Made by a program: the position numbers and the translations under genes. 64,000 nucleotides of DNA from the human T2T-CHM13v2.0 reference genome, Homo sapiens. Shown here piece after piece: positions 28,891-43,933 of the stretch. The notes under the pieces were generated by a model that ran no database searches, was not told where the DNA came from, and saw only the letters and a program-made list of their open reading frames with translations. The number at the start of each line of letters is the position of its first letter. Within the stretch, counting starts at the first letter, position 1. Location: NCBI RefSeq assembly GCF_009914755.1, contig NC_060940.1, one strand, 5' to 3'.

Positions 28891-31800
28891 CTGGCAAGAA
28901 TGAAGAGAAGATTGACAACCAATTCCTTGAAAGAATAATGGAAGAGAAAGACCCGATTGTTTTATAGGGACGAGTGAATATTCCTCAAAGAGAGAAAATC
29001 AGAGTCTACTCAATTTCCAATTACCTGAGCCATTTGGTCAGAAAATCACACAAATCAATTGCTGAAACCTAGAATGTGCTTAATGGGTCATTCGAAGAGC
29101 ACAACAGACACAGAAAGACCACGTCATCTAAAATGAAACTTATTCTATATAGCAACACTAATGTTGCCCAAATAAGTCACTAAGAATTACCTAAGGAAGG
29201 GAATTAAAACATTGCAAAAATACATTTGGTACCTCATTCTGAAAACTAAGAATCCTGGTAACAAAAATACCACTGAATTTCAGCCAAAAAGCATGTCTTG
29301 TTTGATGACTGCTTCATACCTCTCCCACCCGCAACCATCCAGCTTGATCATATTGAAAGCTTCATGTTGAAAGTTTCTGACCACGTTGTTTCCCAATGTC
29401 TGGGACTCTTACCAGCAGTGGCCCATAAGATGACATAGGGTGGTTTATAGGTAATTTGATAGGTGAGGTTGTCAAATGATATTAACTTACATAGTGAGAT
29501 AATTCTTTCTTTTCCAAGTCTTTAAATCCTTGACACACCAAGTAGAACATCTCCGTTTTAACACATCTGCTCTGCTTCACAATCTCTTTTGTGAGATATT
29601 ATGATACAACTCTAGCTAGAATGTAATGGCATCGTTTTGGTTTGATTGCATTTATTTTTAAGTTACCTTCTATTTTTGGCAAGTGACAAGATAATAAGGG
29701 AAATGTTTCCTTTTTTAAAATGCTTCTTTTTTAAAAAAAAAAAAGAATGCATATATATTAAAGATGGTCTATTTAAAGAAAAACAAATGAAAGCAGTAAA
29801 ATTTTACACAAATATGAAAGAAAAAAAATGAGTAGTAGCATTTGAATGGCTGTAGTTATAGGGAAATTGATAGTAAACACTGCCTAATTTTGAATGAGAG
29901 GAGTTACAGTGAATCAGTCAGCAAAGGATGGAAAGTAACATTGTAGCAGAGAAACAAGCCCGGCTGCCTGGGAAACAACTTTCTAATTAGTGCTCTGGAT
30001 GTTGCTGAACTACCAAATGTTTGGAAAGAGTTTCATCTTTTAAGGCGAGCATCTGCCTGCCATGCTGTTGTCATTTGCCTGGCAAACGCTTATTCTGAAT
30101 GGGCATATAGTCATGGGGCTTATTCCTGATCTAATTTTGCAGTACTCTACACTAAAGCTGATGATCCCAGTTTCAACAGGGTTAAGCAAGTTCAATATCC
30201 TTGATACTTTTTCTATCATCTTCCCACCTCCATCTTCCCAGAGTCAGGAAACACTACCTTTTCCTAAATCTAAATCTGCCCCCAGCCTTTCCATCATCCT
30301 GGGACCCAGCAGTTCCTTTATCCTTGGCTAGGTTACTGAGCAGCAGAAAGGAATGATATTTATAGGCTGAACATACAAGATTGCTGCAACTTCTAAAAAA
30401 TCCTTTCAAATATTAGATAGCATTAAACACTGGAATATGATAGTTCTGAGACTGGGTAATTTATAATCAGAAAAGTGGAAATTTTCTAATATCACATAGT
30501 CTGTTGATCTTGCTAGAGCAGAAACTTTTGTACTTGGTTTAGGCATATGCCTGAGAACCTGGAGCTATTTTCCCACTGGGAAGCCCTGTGGGTGTTGAGG
30601 ATAATATCCTCATGCTGCAGTTTCACATCCCAAGCTAGGCTCTCCAGGCCTTTGCAGAGGTTTATGTGGGATGTACTTTCCCAGTTTGGCGAGATTCCAA
30701 GTCTGGTAGTCAGTTCAAGCCTCATTGCCTTGTGAAGTCCTCCTCAACAGCCCCAGATAGATTTGTGTGGCCCCCTAGTGGCCCTTTGGCAGCCCTTCAT
30801 TTCCCTCCCCAGCGAGGTGGGGGTTGGAGTGGAATGGAGGGGAGCATCCCTTAGAAGTCTACTGAGTCTTACTGCTCTTTGCTGATCTTTGTCCCACAGT
30901 AGGCAAGAATGACTGTACCAAGTGATCATATGCATCCATCATTTTGACTGAATGAAGAGTGGGGCTGATAGATGCTTAACATTTAGACATTTGCCTACAA
31001 TTTATTCCCTTCCTCCCTCCAAAACAAGATGTGAGGTAGTTTCCCATGTGAACATTTATATCCATGTTATGAGTAGTTGAAATAAAGCTAAATGAGGCAA
31101 CACATTGCATAAGCCATAAAATTCTTAATACCCCGTAGTTTACTAATCCCACCTCTGAAAATCTTCCCTGAGGGATTAATTCAACAGAAAACCAAAACAA
31201 ACAATATTCAAAAATGCATGATATTTGTTAGATATAATAGAAGGTTATATCTAATCTGTGGAAATGTACACACAAAACACCAAATCCAACTGTGAGATTT
31301 TATTAAGGACATAATGATTCGTCAATAGGATGGGATGTTATGTAGTCATTAAAAATGATTATGTACATTATATAACAGCATGTAAAATGTTTATGATGTG
31401 ACATTAAGTTAACAAATCAGATCACCCTCTGATTGCAACCGTGTTAAATGTTATGTATCCACATCTATATACGTGCGGACAAAGAATATAAAGAAAAATC
31501 AAACATAAAAAGAGTTTTATTAAAACAGGGAATATTAAAAATGCCTTATAATTCTGCTCTGACACTGCTTTTCAAGGAGTTTATCTGGTTGAAAATAAAT
31601 AGCTCAGACACTGTGCAGTGATTTCTCTGAGATAGATGGGATTCCCATTTAGTCAAAGGTGCTGCGTGAACAGATTGGATTTTCCCCTCTAAGTCCACGA
31701 AGCCACCTAAAACCTCATCTTTATTTGACCCTGGTTCTTCCTCAGCTAACCACACAGAGATTGTCCAAATACCCCAAGGGTAGTTTCTCTCTTTCCTGTG

Positions 31801-32209
31801 CACTATTAAACTAAGACACAGTCAGAACTCAAGAGGTATTTATTGTTTTCTAAAATATTCAATAAATGAATGATTCTATCTAGTAATTATTTCTTGAATT
31901 CTTCTCCTTCACTACTATCTCACTACCTCTTCTACCTTCTTCAATTCTTTGTAACATCTCCCTTGAATTTTAACAAGTTTGTTTGTTGGTTTTACCGTAT
32001 ATATCTTAAGATTCTCAAGATTGAAGGTATTGCAGTTTCTTAAATGTGTCCTGTTTCCATTGATACTAGCCCATCATGAGTTATTTTTTCTGCCTTTTCT
32101 GTCCTTAACTATCCAGCAAATTTCTCCTCATCTATCAAGACTCAGCTTGAGAACTGCCCCCACAAGAAGTCATTCATGTCCCATGTGCATAGGCCTTATC
32201 ACACTATTG

Positions 32210-32462
32210 CAGTCAATTTTCAACTGGGGAGTGATTTTGCTCCCAGTTACTCCAGGGCTATTAGGCAATGTCTAGAGTAATTATTTTTATTATTATTATC
32301 AGGACTGTTGGGTGGGGTAGAGCACGTGCTTAATGACCTTTAGTGAGGGGAAGCCTGGGATACTAGATACTACCAAATATCCTACAATGCGCAGAACAGC
32401 CTCCTACAACAAAGAATTATCCAGCCCTAGACATCAACACTGCTAAGGCTGAGAAAACCCTC
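32210..32462. mobile_element. MER20 DNA transposon within an L2 remnant
   Basis: gtgattttgctccc...ggcaatgtctagag...atcctacaatgcgcagaacagcc...caacaaagaattatccagccc. Confidence 0.8.
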
Positions 32463-34745
32463 TCGGTTTTAATTATTGTATCACTTCACTGTCCTGTTAA
32501 ATTGTGAACTCCCTGTGGTCAAGACTCTGCCTCTTCAACTTTAGATTTCCAGCCTCTGGCAAAGGGCCTGCCTGACAAATAGTAAGAACTCAATAACTCT
32601 TGGTGGAAAAATGGGTGAATAAATTAGGAAATAAATAAAAACACTAAGTTAAAAAATACTTTAAAATGCAGAAATATTGCCATAATGTCTCTATAGACTT
32701 TTACAGTATTAAATTGCATGGAATGACTTTCACAAGGAGTCATATTTTTACTCTGTTAAATTCATCTATAATTTTTCTTTTTTTTCCCCCGGTGGACATT
32801 TGGAACTTGGTGCTAGAAGTTTGAGCAAATGTTCTTTTACAAATGCAATAACATCTTACACTATTTAAAACCTAAGCATCAGTGCTTTATAGAAGATTAT
32901 TCCTTTGCCTAGAATAAACACACTGAATTGGAGGCAAATGTGCAAATTAATCATATGCAGAGAGCTCATTTGCGACGTGTGAGTTCCATGGGGGTGATTT
33001 AAATGTTTCAGGATTTCAGAGATACAGTGTGTGTTTATGCCCTGAATACACTAAAAACAGGTGACAACCTTAGCATAACCAACTACCCAATTACATGAAC
33101 AGCAAAGGATGGGAGGCAGGAATTGCTGATGTCAATGTTCATATGTCAGTGTCAAGCAGAAGAGATAGTAATATTAATTAACGAAGTAAGTTGACAGCTC
33201 TAGGCAACACACAATTCACACAGCTACTTTTCCAGAGGAGAAACCAGAATTAGTGACTGCCCTAGCTCCCTGTGGTTGATAATTAGGCTTCCTCGGTCCT
33301 ACCATTCATCCATTAATGTAGACTTTTCCAAGTATCCAAATTTCACCCCAATTTCCATATCCTTCATTTTCTTTCTTTTTTTATAACAATCACCCCCTAC
33401 CTTTTCTTTGTTTTGTGCTCTATAATATTTTCCCCAACCCCAACATACTTTAAAAGTCTGTGAAAGGTCAGTTTCTTAGCACAGGTCACTCCTTGCTCCC
33501 CCACCTGAAAGATTCCTTTCAGGACCTGTCTTCCCCCACTGGTCCTTCCCTCCTCTTTAGCTACTGGCCTCTTTATTGATGCTTCAAATTAATTTTCTAT
33601 CAGTGTTAGAGTCCAGTCTTTTCCATCGCACCAAGGAGTTTAATATTCATGCTATAAAACTAAGTTGAAAATGAACGCTTGATTAAAACCAAGGTAATCC
33701 CATCTTCCAATTCCGATTTAATGCTCCATACACTTTCATGATGGAGAGGTGTTGATTTCTCAAGTGGTAAATCACGGGGGGAAACCTTTTTAGAATGTAC
33801 GGGAATTATTTCTTCACTTGGAAGTGAATCTTATCTGGCTCTTCTTTACAAACGCTTTCCAGGCCAGCTGTTTTCAAAATGTCTTGAGAGGGAAGTTGTT
33901 CTAGAATAACTAAGGTGTGAATTCCAGGTCGGCATGCCTGAGCTATATGACAGTGACTGGGTCAAATGATTTCATCTGTCTGAGCCCCAATCTCCTCAAA
34001 ATTAAGTTGAGGTCTCTTTGCCCATTGGGATAACACTACCTACTTCATACTTTTGTTTGTTTTTGTGAAAAGTAAATGAAATGATGTTTGTAAGAGGATG
34101 GTGCTGTGTCTGGCCAGTAGTCAGTATTGAGCGCATGTAAAAAAGAAGAAACACTAAACTTCTCTTTGTAATAAATTAATTCCAGATACATGTTTTTGGA
34201 GACTGACTATGAGGGGAGGTCCACAGGCTCTTTGACTAGGGGAGAAGGTCCATTATTGTTGCTTCTCCAGGTTCACTTGAGATAAAAACAAGTAGAGAAG
34301 GCTTCAGTTTCACAGAGGGTCCAGCAATGCAGTGAATCTTGAATGTTGAAACAGTAAGAGTTCTGAACAGCTTATCTAACAGATTCAGTGTGGCAGAGCT
34401 AAGGGGGGAATTCCATGCATGCTCAGGGCTGCTTCTTCAAAATCTAGATTTATCTCATTGTCCTTCCCTCCATGGGAGAACTGTGCTTCCCTCCATCGGA
34501 AAACATTTAAGAACTAACTAGCAATCTCAGGCAGGTATCACCAGCCCCTTTGTCAGCTTCTCTGCAGTAACAGAAAGGAATACAATTCTGTGATCTTCCA
34601 GAGCTCAGAGCTCAACTACAAAGTCAGGTCAGCCCCTGGTTTCGCAAATTCTCATTTCTTAACCGTCGCCTCCCTGTTTCTTGCAGTGTTGCCTTGGCAG
34701 AGCAGGCCATACCACTGACACGTCTGATTCCTTACCCTAACTCAC

Positions 34746-34933
34746 CTTTTTCAGCTTTATCACCCCCTCCTGTGTTTCATAGTCCGTTGTGATTTCAAAT
34801 GATTCCATACCATCTCCATCAACAATATTGTATGTGACTAAGCCATTTTCTCCAATGTCTGGATCTTTAGCTTTCACTCTTCCTACTTCCTCCCCAGGGA
34901 CGGCTGCTTCTGACACAGACATCTGGTATACGC
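34746..34933 (-). CDS. CDH11: Cadherin-11 exon 7 (188 nt), EC3
   Basis: SVYQMSVSEAAVPGEEVGRVKAKDPDIGENG...GVIKLKK; acceptor cttcttctag|, donor AAG|gtgagt; phase 1-0. Confidence 0.98.
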
Positions 34934-35764
34934 CTAGAAGAAGAAGACATCTATTTTTATTTTCTCTTTTATTTGGCAGCTGTAAGACTATAGATTTCAT
35001 TGAATCCCAATAAATTTCTCAAAGGATTTGAAATTGAACTTTCTATTGACTGAAAACATGAAAGAAGTGAGTGGATGTGGGGAGGAGGATCCCACATGGC
35101 CTGCTTGTCAAAAGAATGTGTTCTACGAAGGGTGATAAAACAATATCTGGGTCCAGGTGAAATGCTGGGGTCACCTGCCACATGTAAGGGAGAAAAACAA
35201 TGCTCTGTTACATTTCCCATCAGGTAATGATGGAGAACCATGCATGTCTTCATTTAGCAAAATAGCTGAAGCTTCTTTTCATGTCTTCAGGATGGTCCAT
35301 GAGTTAACTCCAAGGCTCACTTATGGTATTGCGAAGAGCCCAGAAAAAAAAAATTCTCTGTTTAAAAGCCTTCCTTCAACAGCTCCATAGTTACTTTAAA
35401 AATGCAAACTTTAACATCCCTCCCTGTCTAACTCTATATTCGACACTCCCCTTATTTCACCTCCTTCGCAACTTGCCTGCTTCACAAGTTGGTCATGCGT
35501 TACCTTCTCCAGAAGGCTTTCCTGCAGTGTGACCCTCCTATATATTTATTTAATGTTTATTGGGAGCCTAATACTGTACATGGAGGTACTGTCCTAGTGC
35601 CAGGACACTGTTTTGTTTGCTTGTTTTGTTTACTACTAAACAAAACAGTCAAGATTCCTCTCTTAATGAGGCCGACTAAAGAGAAAAAATAAAAACAAAT
35701 GTAAACACACTCTGATGTCACTGCAATGAAAAAGGAAAATAAAGTAGGGTAAAAGGGTGAGGGT

Positions 35765-35980
35765 TCTGAGAGTGGGTGTGTGGTTGTGGGTGTGTAAGTG
35801 CATGATTGTGTGTGAGGGTGAGGGGGTAAATGTGTGAGTGGCCATGAGTGATTGTGTGGGCATGAATCTGTTGTGTAAGAGTGTGAGTGTGTGTATGAAT
35901 GTGAGCTATTTGTGAGTGAGTTTGTGTATGTGTATGAGTGTGATTGAACACGCATGCTTGTGTTAATAATGTGTGGGTGA
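35765..35980. repeat. Degenerate (GT/GAGT)-rich low-complexity tract inside L2
   Basis: Direct reading; source of His/Thr-rich spurious ORFs. Confidence 0.8.
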
Positions 35981-37495
35981 TAAGCAGAAAGAGGGAGAGA
36001 TTGGTTTTGCGTAGTGTGGTAGGAGAAGACATTCTTTAGAAAAAGGAATCTAAAATGACTGAGGAAGACAATGACGTGCATATCTGCAGGATAAAAACTA
36101 CCAGCCAGGTGATTAGCAAATGGCAAAAACCCTAAGGTGAGAAGATCCTGAATACTTGCAGAGGAGCAAGAGGAGGAGAGTGACTACAGCCTTCTGGTGA
36201 GAGAGAAGGGCTGTAAGGAAGTGGAGGCCAAATTGCGTAAAATAGACCATTGTGGGGAATGGAAAAGACTTCAGGTTTTGTTTAAACTTGGGGAAATCAC
36301 TGGAAGGTTTGCACTAAGTAGCTAAGATTCAACATTATCTTATTTGCTTTTCACATTTAATACTCTGTGCAACACACAATATAGGGAAGCCAGGGTTGAA
36401 AATCTTTCCTCTATCATTTCCAAGCAAAGTGGTCTTGGGCAAGTTACTTCAGCTCATTATGTTTTAATTTCCCCTTACAGAGATTTCATCAGTTCTAATA
36501 CTTTGTCTATATTTATCAATAGTATTTTGCTTTGCAACTTTCTTTTGGATTCATAATCTATTTAATCTCACCATGCCCTCTATATTAAAGGATGAGTGGG
36601 AAGTGGGAGTCCCTTGTAGATAATTACCAATTAATGTGAAGGTTTAAAAAAAAATGTCCTATGTGGATTTTGTCCAAATCTCATTCAAGTTCACGGCAGT
36701 GAAACCAGTAAAACCAGTACAGTAGCAATGTAACTTTACTATATGATTGTCTATGACCAAGGGCAGTAAAGGCTGCCTGCTAATAATTCTGCTTGACCTT
36801 TCTTTTCCAGCTCACCAGACAATCGTACAGTGTGGATAATGGAGCATGCAGCTCTTTGAATGTTATATGAGCCTCAGGCTTATTGAGGATGCTGAACTTG
36901 TGCCCGGCCAGGCAAAAGAGTCTTGTGTAGATTCTTGCTTTTGAATTCCTTTGAGTAACCACAGTGCCTTCCTGGGGCCACATTTAGTAGCCTTCCTTGT
37001 TATCTCATTTGCAAAATGTTCCATTTCTCTGATAGTAAGCTCACAGGCTCTAACTGAAAAAGACACTTTCATGATGAACCCCCCCATGCATTAGCAGCAC
37101 CAGCAGCACCACAGTCATACTGTCCATTCATACACATCTGTACATACATAGACAGACTTGTGTTCAAACTCTGACTTTGCCACATTTCTAGGGCAACTTA
37201 TGCACTTTTTACGGAAACCAGTTTTATCTGTAAAATGTAGGCTCCTGCAGAGATTTACAATAGTAGTGACTATTCATTAAATGATGGTAGTTGCTATAAT
37301 TACAATTATTAATAATAACCTTTCAAAATCATTGTTTTTCATTTAATTCCCTCTGCAATTTTATAAATTTTGTAGAACAGCCATAATCCCCCAGATAACA
37401 ATGGCTAGAATTTGTTGACGACTTATAGACAGTTGTCATTATAAGATTTTACACTAGCTCCTTTAGTTCAAACAGTAATCCTATTAATTAGGTAC

Positions 37496-38008
37496 TGTGG
37501 AAGACTGTATTTTCCAAAACATGGCCAAAACAATATCTCCCATCCCACATGCTTTTCCTTCAACATGACTTTGACAGGTCTTCCATTGAAAGGTGGGGTC
37601 TACATGAACTCCCCTTAGATTTGTGAGCCTTATGACTCCAGTGGAAACATTTGGTGGCTTATGACTCCAGTTTCCAGTGGAAACTTCTGAAGCTAGTTAA
37701 CAAAAGGCAAGACAATTTCTGCCTGGTGCCCTTGGGGATCACACTTTCCAAAACCAGCCCACGCAGAAAGGAAGCAGCAATCAACACAAACTTGCCAGCC
37801 ATGCAAGTAAGCTGGTTTGGAAGTGGATCCTCCAACCCCAGTGGAGCTATCCCCAGTTGTTGCTATGGAGAACAGAGGCATGCTGTCTCCTCCAAGCCTT
37901 GCCCAAATTCCAGACACATGATAAAAACAAATTATTGTTATTATTTTTATTGTTTTAAACCACTAAGTTTTCCAGCAATTTGTTACACAGTAATTGATAA
38001 CTGATTCA
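37496..38008 (+). mobile_element. MLT1 (G/H-type) MaLR solo LTR inserted in a MIR
   Basis: TG...CA termini, tgtggaagactgtattttccaaaacatggcc start, tttgttacacagtaattgataactgattca end, 5-bp TSD ggtac/gggac. Confidence 0.8.
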
Positions 38009-38356
38009 GGGACTGTTATATCCAGGTTAGAAATGAGGACACTGAGGCAGAAAAGGGTTAATTAATTACTAGATTGCATCACTACTACCAAGCAAAATAC
38101 TTAGCAAAAACGATATTTTGTTTCCAGGGTTGTAGAACTTTTTACATCTTTTCATTCTCCTACTACCTCTACTCCCCGACATTGTTGTTGTTGTTGTTGT
38201 CTTGTTTTTGTGTTTTGTTTTTGTAAGAATGATATGAATTGCCCTTAGTTTTCTAGATTTTCTTTTTGATACCTCAGTAAAGCAGGAATAGGTTAGAGGA
38301 GGGAGAGAGCTGGCTGTGTCACCATGGAAAAGTGAAAGCCAAGCCCACCTACTTAC

Positions 38357-38524
38357 TCTGCGGAAACTTTGGTGGGTTGTCATTGACATCGGTCAGTGTG
38401 ATCGTCACTTTGGTTGTCCCTGAGAGTCCGCCCATATGTCCACCCATGTCCTTGGCCTGGATCACCACGTGGTACTCCTCCTTGGCCTCCCTGTCCATGT
38501 TGGGTAGGGCTGTTCTGATGATAC
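38357..38524 (-). CDS. CDH11: Cadherin-11 exon 6 (168 nt), EC2 second half
   Basis: [56 protein letters not shown]; acceptor ctgtccag|, donor A|gtaagt; phase 1-1. Confidence 0.98.
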
Positions 38525-39503
38525 CTGGACAGGTGAGCAGGCAACATCACAGATATTCGTTTATAACATTATGACAACAAGAAAGTTCTGAGCACTGAGG
38601 AAGCAATGCTGAATAAAATATCCCATGCCCTCAGCAAGAATCATTTCAACATGGTAATTACAACCAAAGGCAGCCATACTGAAGCATCATTATGTCTTTT
38701 CAAGCAAATCATAAAAATTACTATACAGCATTTGTATTTATGTTTTGTTGTACATTCAAGTAATAACCCTATTCTTCTCAGATATAAACACCCTAAAGAC
38801 TGAAATACTTGAGTGGTCATTGCATGAATATCCATGACTAAACTCATACTTTTTGACTTCCAGCACAATCTTCTGTAAGTCTATTGCTACATACAATTCA
38901 TGGAAATGTTTTGATGGTGCATATTAAGTTTAAAGCAAGAGGTGCATATTTCATGCAATACATTAAAGTGTAAATATTAATTTTTAAAAGAGTGAACCAA
39001 ATCGGTTAAAATATATACAATGCTCATATAAGCACATACTGTCTATTATCACCTGTCACGGAAAACAATGATAAATTAATAACTGAATTCTGCATGATTG
39101 CTGGATATTGGCACATGAGTGCCATGCTCACTTAAATCTTTAGGAGACCTTTGGAAGCTTTTTCTCTCTGTAGATATGGCAACAGTTATGTGAGGAATAT
39201 AGAGAGCACTGTGGAAGACTTAGTCCTTATTGCTCTCTTACTTCTGATATTAAAGTTGAGTTTTTAGATTATAGTTGTTATTGGGTCATCGTGAAATATG
39301 GGAAAACCAACAATAAATGTTTCATGGTGTACTAACTGTGTGATAGGCACAGGCCAAGTATCTAATCCTCACACTAACCCTATAGGGTAGCCCTCTGTAT
39401 TCCTTTTTCATATTTGAGAAAACAGAGTATTAAATAAGTTCTGGTCAGGCCTGGGACTTCTTATTCACCATGTGTCACAAATCACAGTGACATTCCACAG
39501 TAC

Positions 39504-39623
39504 CTGTCTGTGCTTCCACCGAAAAATAGGGTTGTCCTTCGAGGATACTGTACACTAACTTGGCGCTATTTCCATAAGTGGGGTCATCTGCATCTGAAGC
39601 TGTCACCTGGATTACTGACGTTC
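39504..39623 (-). CDS. CDH11: Cadherin-11 exon 5 (120 nt), EC2 first half (missing from the ORF track)
   Basis: Manual translation [40 protein letters not shown]; acceptor cacttttaag|, donor G|gtactg; phase 1-1. Confidence 0.97.
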
Positions 39624-39785
39624 CTTAAAAGTGAAATAAATTAATTAGCAACATCTCCTCAGATTTTCAAATTATGTTCTTGTTTACAAAGTTTTATTCT
39701 AAAATTAACCCTGAAGAAGGCACCACAATTATTCAACATTCTCTCATTTTCCTGGAGTTGAGATGCAAAATAACCAGCCAACCAA

Positions 39786-39828
39786 CCTTCCTTCCTTCCT
39801 TCCTTCCTTCCTTCCTTCCTTCCTTCCT
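39786..39828. repeat. (CCTT)n microsatellite
   Basis: Direct reading. Confidence 0.95.
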
Positions 39829-42801
39829 GCTCTATAAAAATGGCCACAGTTTAAAAATGAACTTTCTGTATTTATAGTACATCCTACATTGGTTGGTGAT
39901 TAAAATAATATTATAAATATTATTGCAAAAATATCTTACAACTCATGCACTTGAAATGTTCAGTATATCAAATAATTACATTAAAATCTTCCCAGAGTAT
40001 AATAAATGATAATTAACGATAAATTGCTTTCAGGAAAGGACAGAGTGCAATCTTCCATCTGTAGCAGAACAATAAATACATCATTTTATTGTTGCTTTGC
40101 ATGTAATAAAATTGCTGCTAATTCTACAATTTAATTAATTTATGGCCATAAATACTGAGCAGAATGCTGTTCCCTACTGGCATGAAAATTGCATCTTCCC
40201 ACCTGTAGCTGGTCTGGTAGCCATATAACAGAAATCACCAGTAAACATCTGGTGAGAGGTAAGGGAAGCATTCATGGGTCAGAACGAAGGGAAACCAGGA
40301 AATTGAAGAAAGATGGGGTTCTGCTTTTCCTAAAAACAACCTTTGTTCCTGGCTGGTCACAAATAGCAAGTATCTGGGGCATGGCATGTTGGGCTTCAGA
40401 GTGGGGAGAGAGGAGCTGGAAGAAGAAAACCAGTAATTATCGAATTTCTCTGTGCCAGCATGATCTGGGGGCACATTCCATGTATTTTGCCAGCATTCCT
40501 CTGCTGGGCATTTTTTACATCTACTGTATTAGTGAGAAATTGAACTTGAGATATATGAAGCTTTGTAATCTATTTCACAAAGTTGGTAATTGCCAAAGTC
40601 TAACCCCAATCCAGCACACAACAAAACTCAAGTTATTTCTGTAACATTTTCAGCAGAGGGGCAAGGTTCTATGTGGGAGGCAAGGGAGCCAGTTTACACA
40701 GCCTATCACTACCTTTAATTTATAGGATTGTCAGTGATTTTTGTGTGGTGTACATCTCACTTTTTTCTAGTTACTCTTCTATAATTCATTATTTCATAGA
40801 AACAATCTCTTTGGAGCTCTTCCCATTTGTCAGTCACTATTCTAGGCAGGATAGATTTATAAAGGAAAATACCATCATGGTGTGGCTAGGGAAATTATTA
40901 ATTTTAAATGCTTAATTTCCTTCTAGAACTCTGCTACATCCTTTACAATGGTTTTGTATTTCACATCTATTTCATTTAACCTTCAACATAGTTTATATTA
41001 TCCTCATTTTATAGATGGCAAAATAAAAACTTAGAAAGGTATAATAGGTTGCCTGGGTTCGTAAGGCTGATTAGGAGTACAGCCATGATTCATAGTACTG
41101 TCTGACAACAACGACTGTACTGTCATATGCCATAATACAATGTCTGAGTTCTCAAAATAATAAGAGCAATCCATGACAAAGCCACATCCAGCATCACACT
41201 GAATGAGCAAAAGCTGGAAGCATTTCTCCTTCAGAGCAGGAATAAGACAAGGATGCCCACTCTCACCAGTCCTATTCAACATAGTACTGGAAGTCCTAAT
41301 CAGAGCAATGAGGCAAGAGCAAGAAATAAAAGACATCGAAATAGGAAAAGAAGAAGTCAAATTATTTCTCTTCACTAATGATATGATTCTATACCTAGAA
41401 AACTCTAAAGACTCTGCCAAAAGGCTCTTAGAACTGATCAACAACTTCAGTGAAGCTTCAGAATACAAAATCAAGGTACAAAAGTCAACGGCATTTCTAT
41501 ACATCAATAACACTCAAGCTGAGGACCAAATCAAGAATACAGTGCGATTCACAAGGGCCACAAAACAATAAAATCCTAGGAATACATCTAACCAAGGAGG
41601 TAAATGATCTGTACAAGGAGAATTTCGAAACACTGCTGAAAGAAATCATAGATGACACAAACAAATGGAATATTGATCCTTTCAATGATATTGATTCTTT
41701 CAACCCATGAGCATAGAATGTTTTCCCATTTGATATCATTAAAATGGCTACACTGCCCAAAGCAATCTACTGATTCAATGCTATTTCTATCAAACTAGCA
41801 ACATCATTTTTTCACAGAATTAGAAAAAAAAACTGTTCTAAGACTCATATGGAACCAAAAAAGAGCCCGAATAGTCAAAGCAATCCTAAGCAAAAAGAAA
41901 AAAGTTGGAGGAGTCACCTTACCCAACTTCAAGCTATACTACAAGGCTACAGTAACCAAAATAGCATGTTGCTGGTGCAAAAACAGACACATAGACCAGT
42001 GGAACAGAATAGAGAACCCAGAAATAAAGCCACACACCTACAGCCATCTGATCATCAACAAAGTTGACAAAATTAAGCAATGAGGAAAGTACTCCTTAAT
42101 CAATAAATAATGCTGGGATAGCTGGCTAGCCTCATGCAGAAGAGTGAAACTGGACCCCTACCTTTCCCCATATACAAAAATTAACTCAGGATGAATTAAA
42201 GATTTAAATGTAAGACCTCAAACTATAAATGCCCTAGAGAAAAAAACCCAGGAAACACCATTCTGGACATTGGCCTTGGGAGAGAATTTATGACTAGGTC
42301 CTCAAAAGAAATTGCAACAAAAATAAAAATTGACAAGCAGGACCTAATTACACTAAAGAGCTTCTGCACAACAAAGGGAAACTATAAACAGAGTAAAGAG
42401 ACAACCTACAGAATGGGAGAAAATATTCACAAACTACACACCCAACAAAGGTCTAGTATCCAGAATCTATAAGGAATTTAAACAATTCAACAAGTAAAAA
42501 AACAATGTGGGCAAAAGTGGGCAAAAGACATGGATGGACACTTAGCAAAAGAAGATATGCAAATGGCTTACAAATATAAAAAAATTGGTCGTCATTAAAC
42601 ATCAGAGAAATGTAAATGAAACCCATAATGAGAAACCATCTCCCACTAGTTAGAATAGCTATGATTAAAAAGTCAAAAAATAACATGCTGGTGAGGATGT
42701 GGAGAAAAGGGAACACATATACACTGCTGGTTGGAATGTACATTAGGTCACTCTGAAAAGCAATTTGGAGAAGTCTCAAAAAAAACAGAATTACAATTCA
42801 A

Positions 42802-43104
<303 letters not shown>

Positions 43105-43591
43105 TTACAATTCAACCCAGCAATCCCATTACTCTTTATAGACCCAAAGGAAAATAAATCGTTCTACAAGAAAAACGCCTGCACTTGTATATTTATTGCA
43201 GCACTATTCACAATAGCGAAGACATGGAGTCAACCAAGGTGCCCATCAACAGTGGATTGGATAAAGAATATGTGGTGTATATGTACCATGGAATACTATG
43301 CATGGTGGCATGAATAATATCATGCCTTTGCATCAACACGGATGCAGCTGGAGGCCATTATCCTGAGCAAATTGACACAGGAACAGAAAACCAAATACCA
43401 CATGCTTTCATTTATAACTGGAGGTATAAATGAACCCAATGTTTACCCAGTGGGAATAATAAACACAGGATTACTAGAGTGGAGCCAGAGGACAAGTGCC
43501 GAAATCTGTTGGTTACTCTGTTCACTACCTGAGTGATGGGGTCATTCATACCACAAACCTCAGTGTTACACAGTATATTCATGTATATTCA

Positions 43592-43933
<342 letters not shown>

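Noticed and set aside
29385-29890. Possible old hAT-type DNA transposon (tgtttccca... aaacactg ends)
   Set aside because: Too degenerate to assign by eye
35557-36126. 189-aa His/Thr-rich ORF, the longest in the track
   Set aside because: Produced by the GT-rich low-complexity tract within L2; no splice or codon evidence
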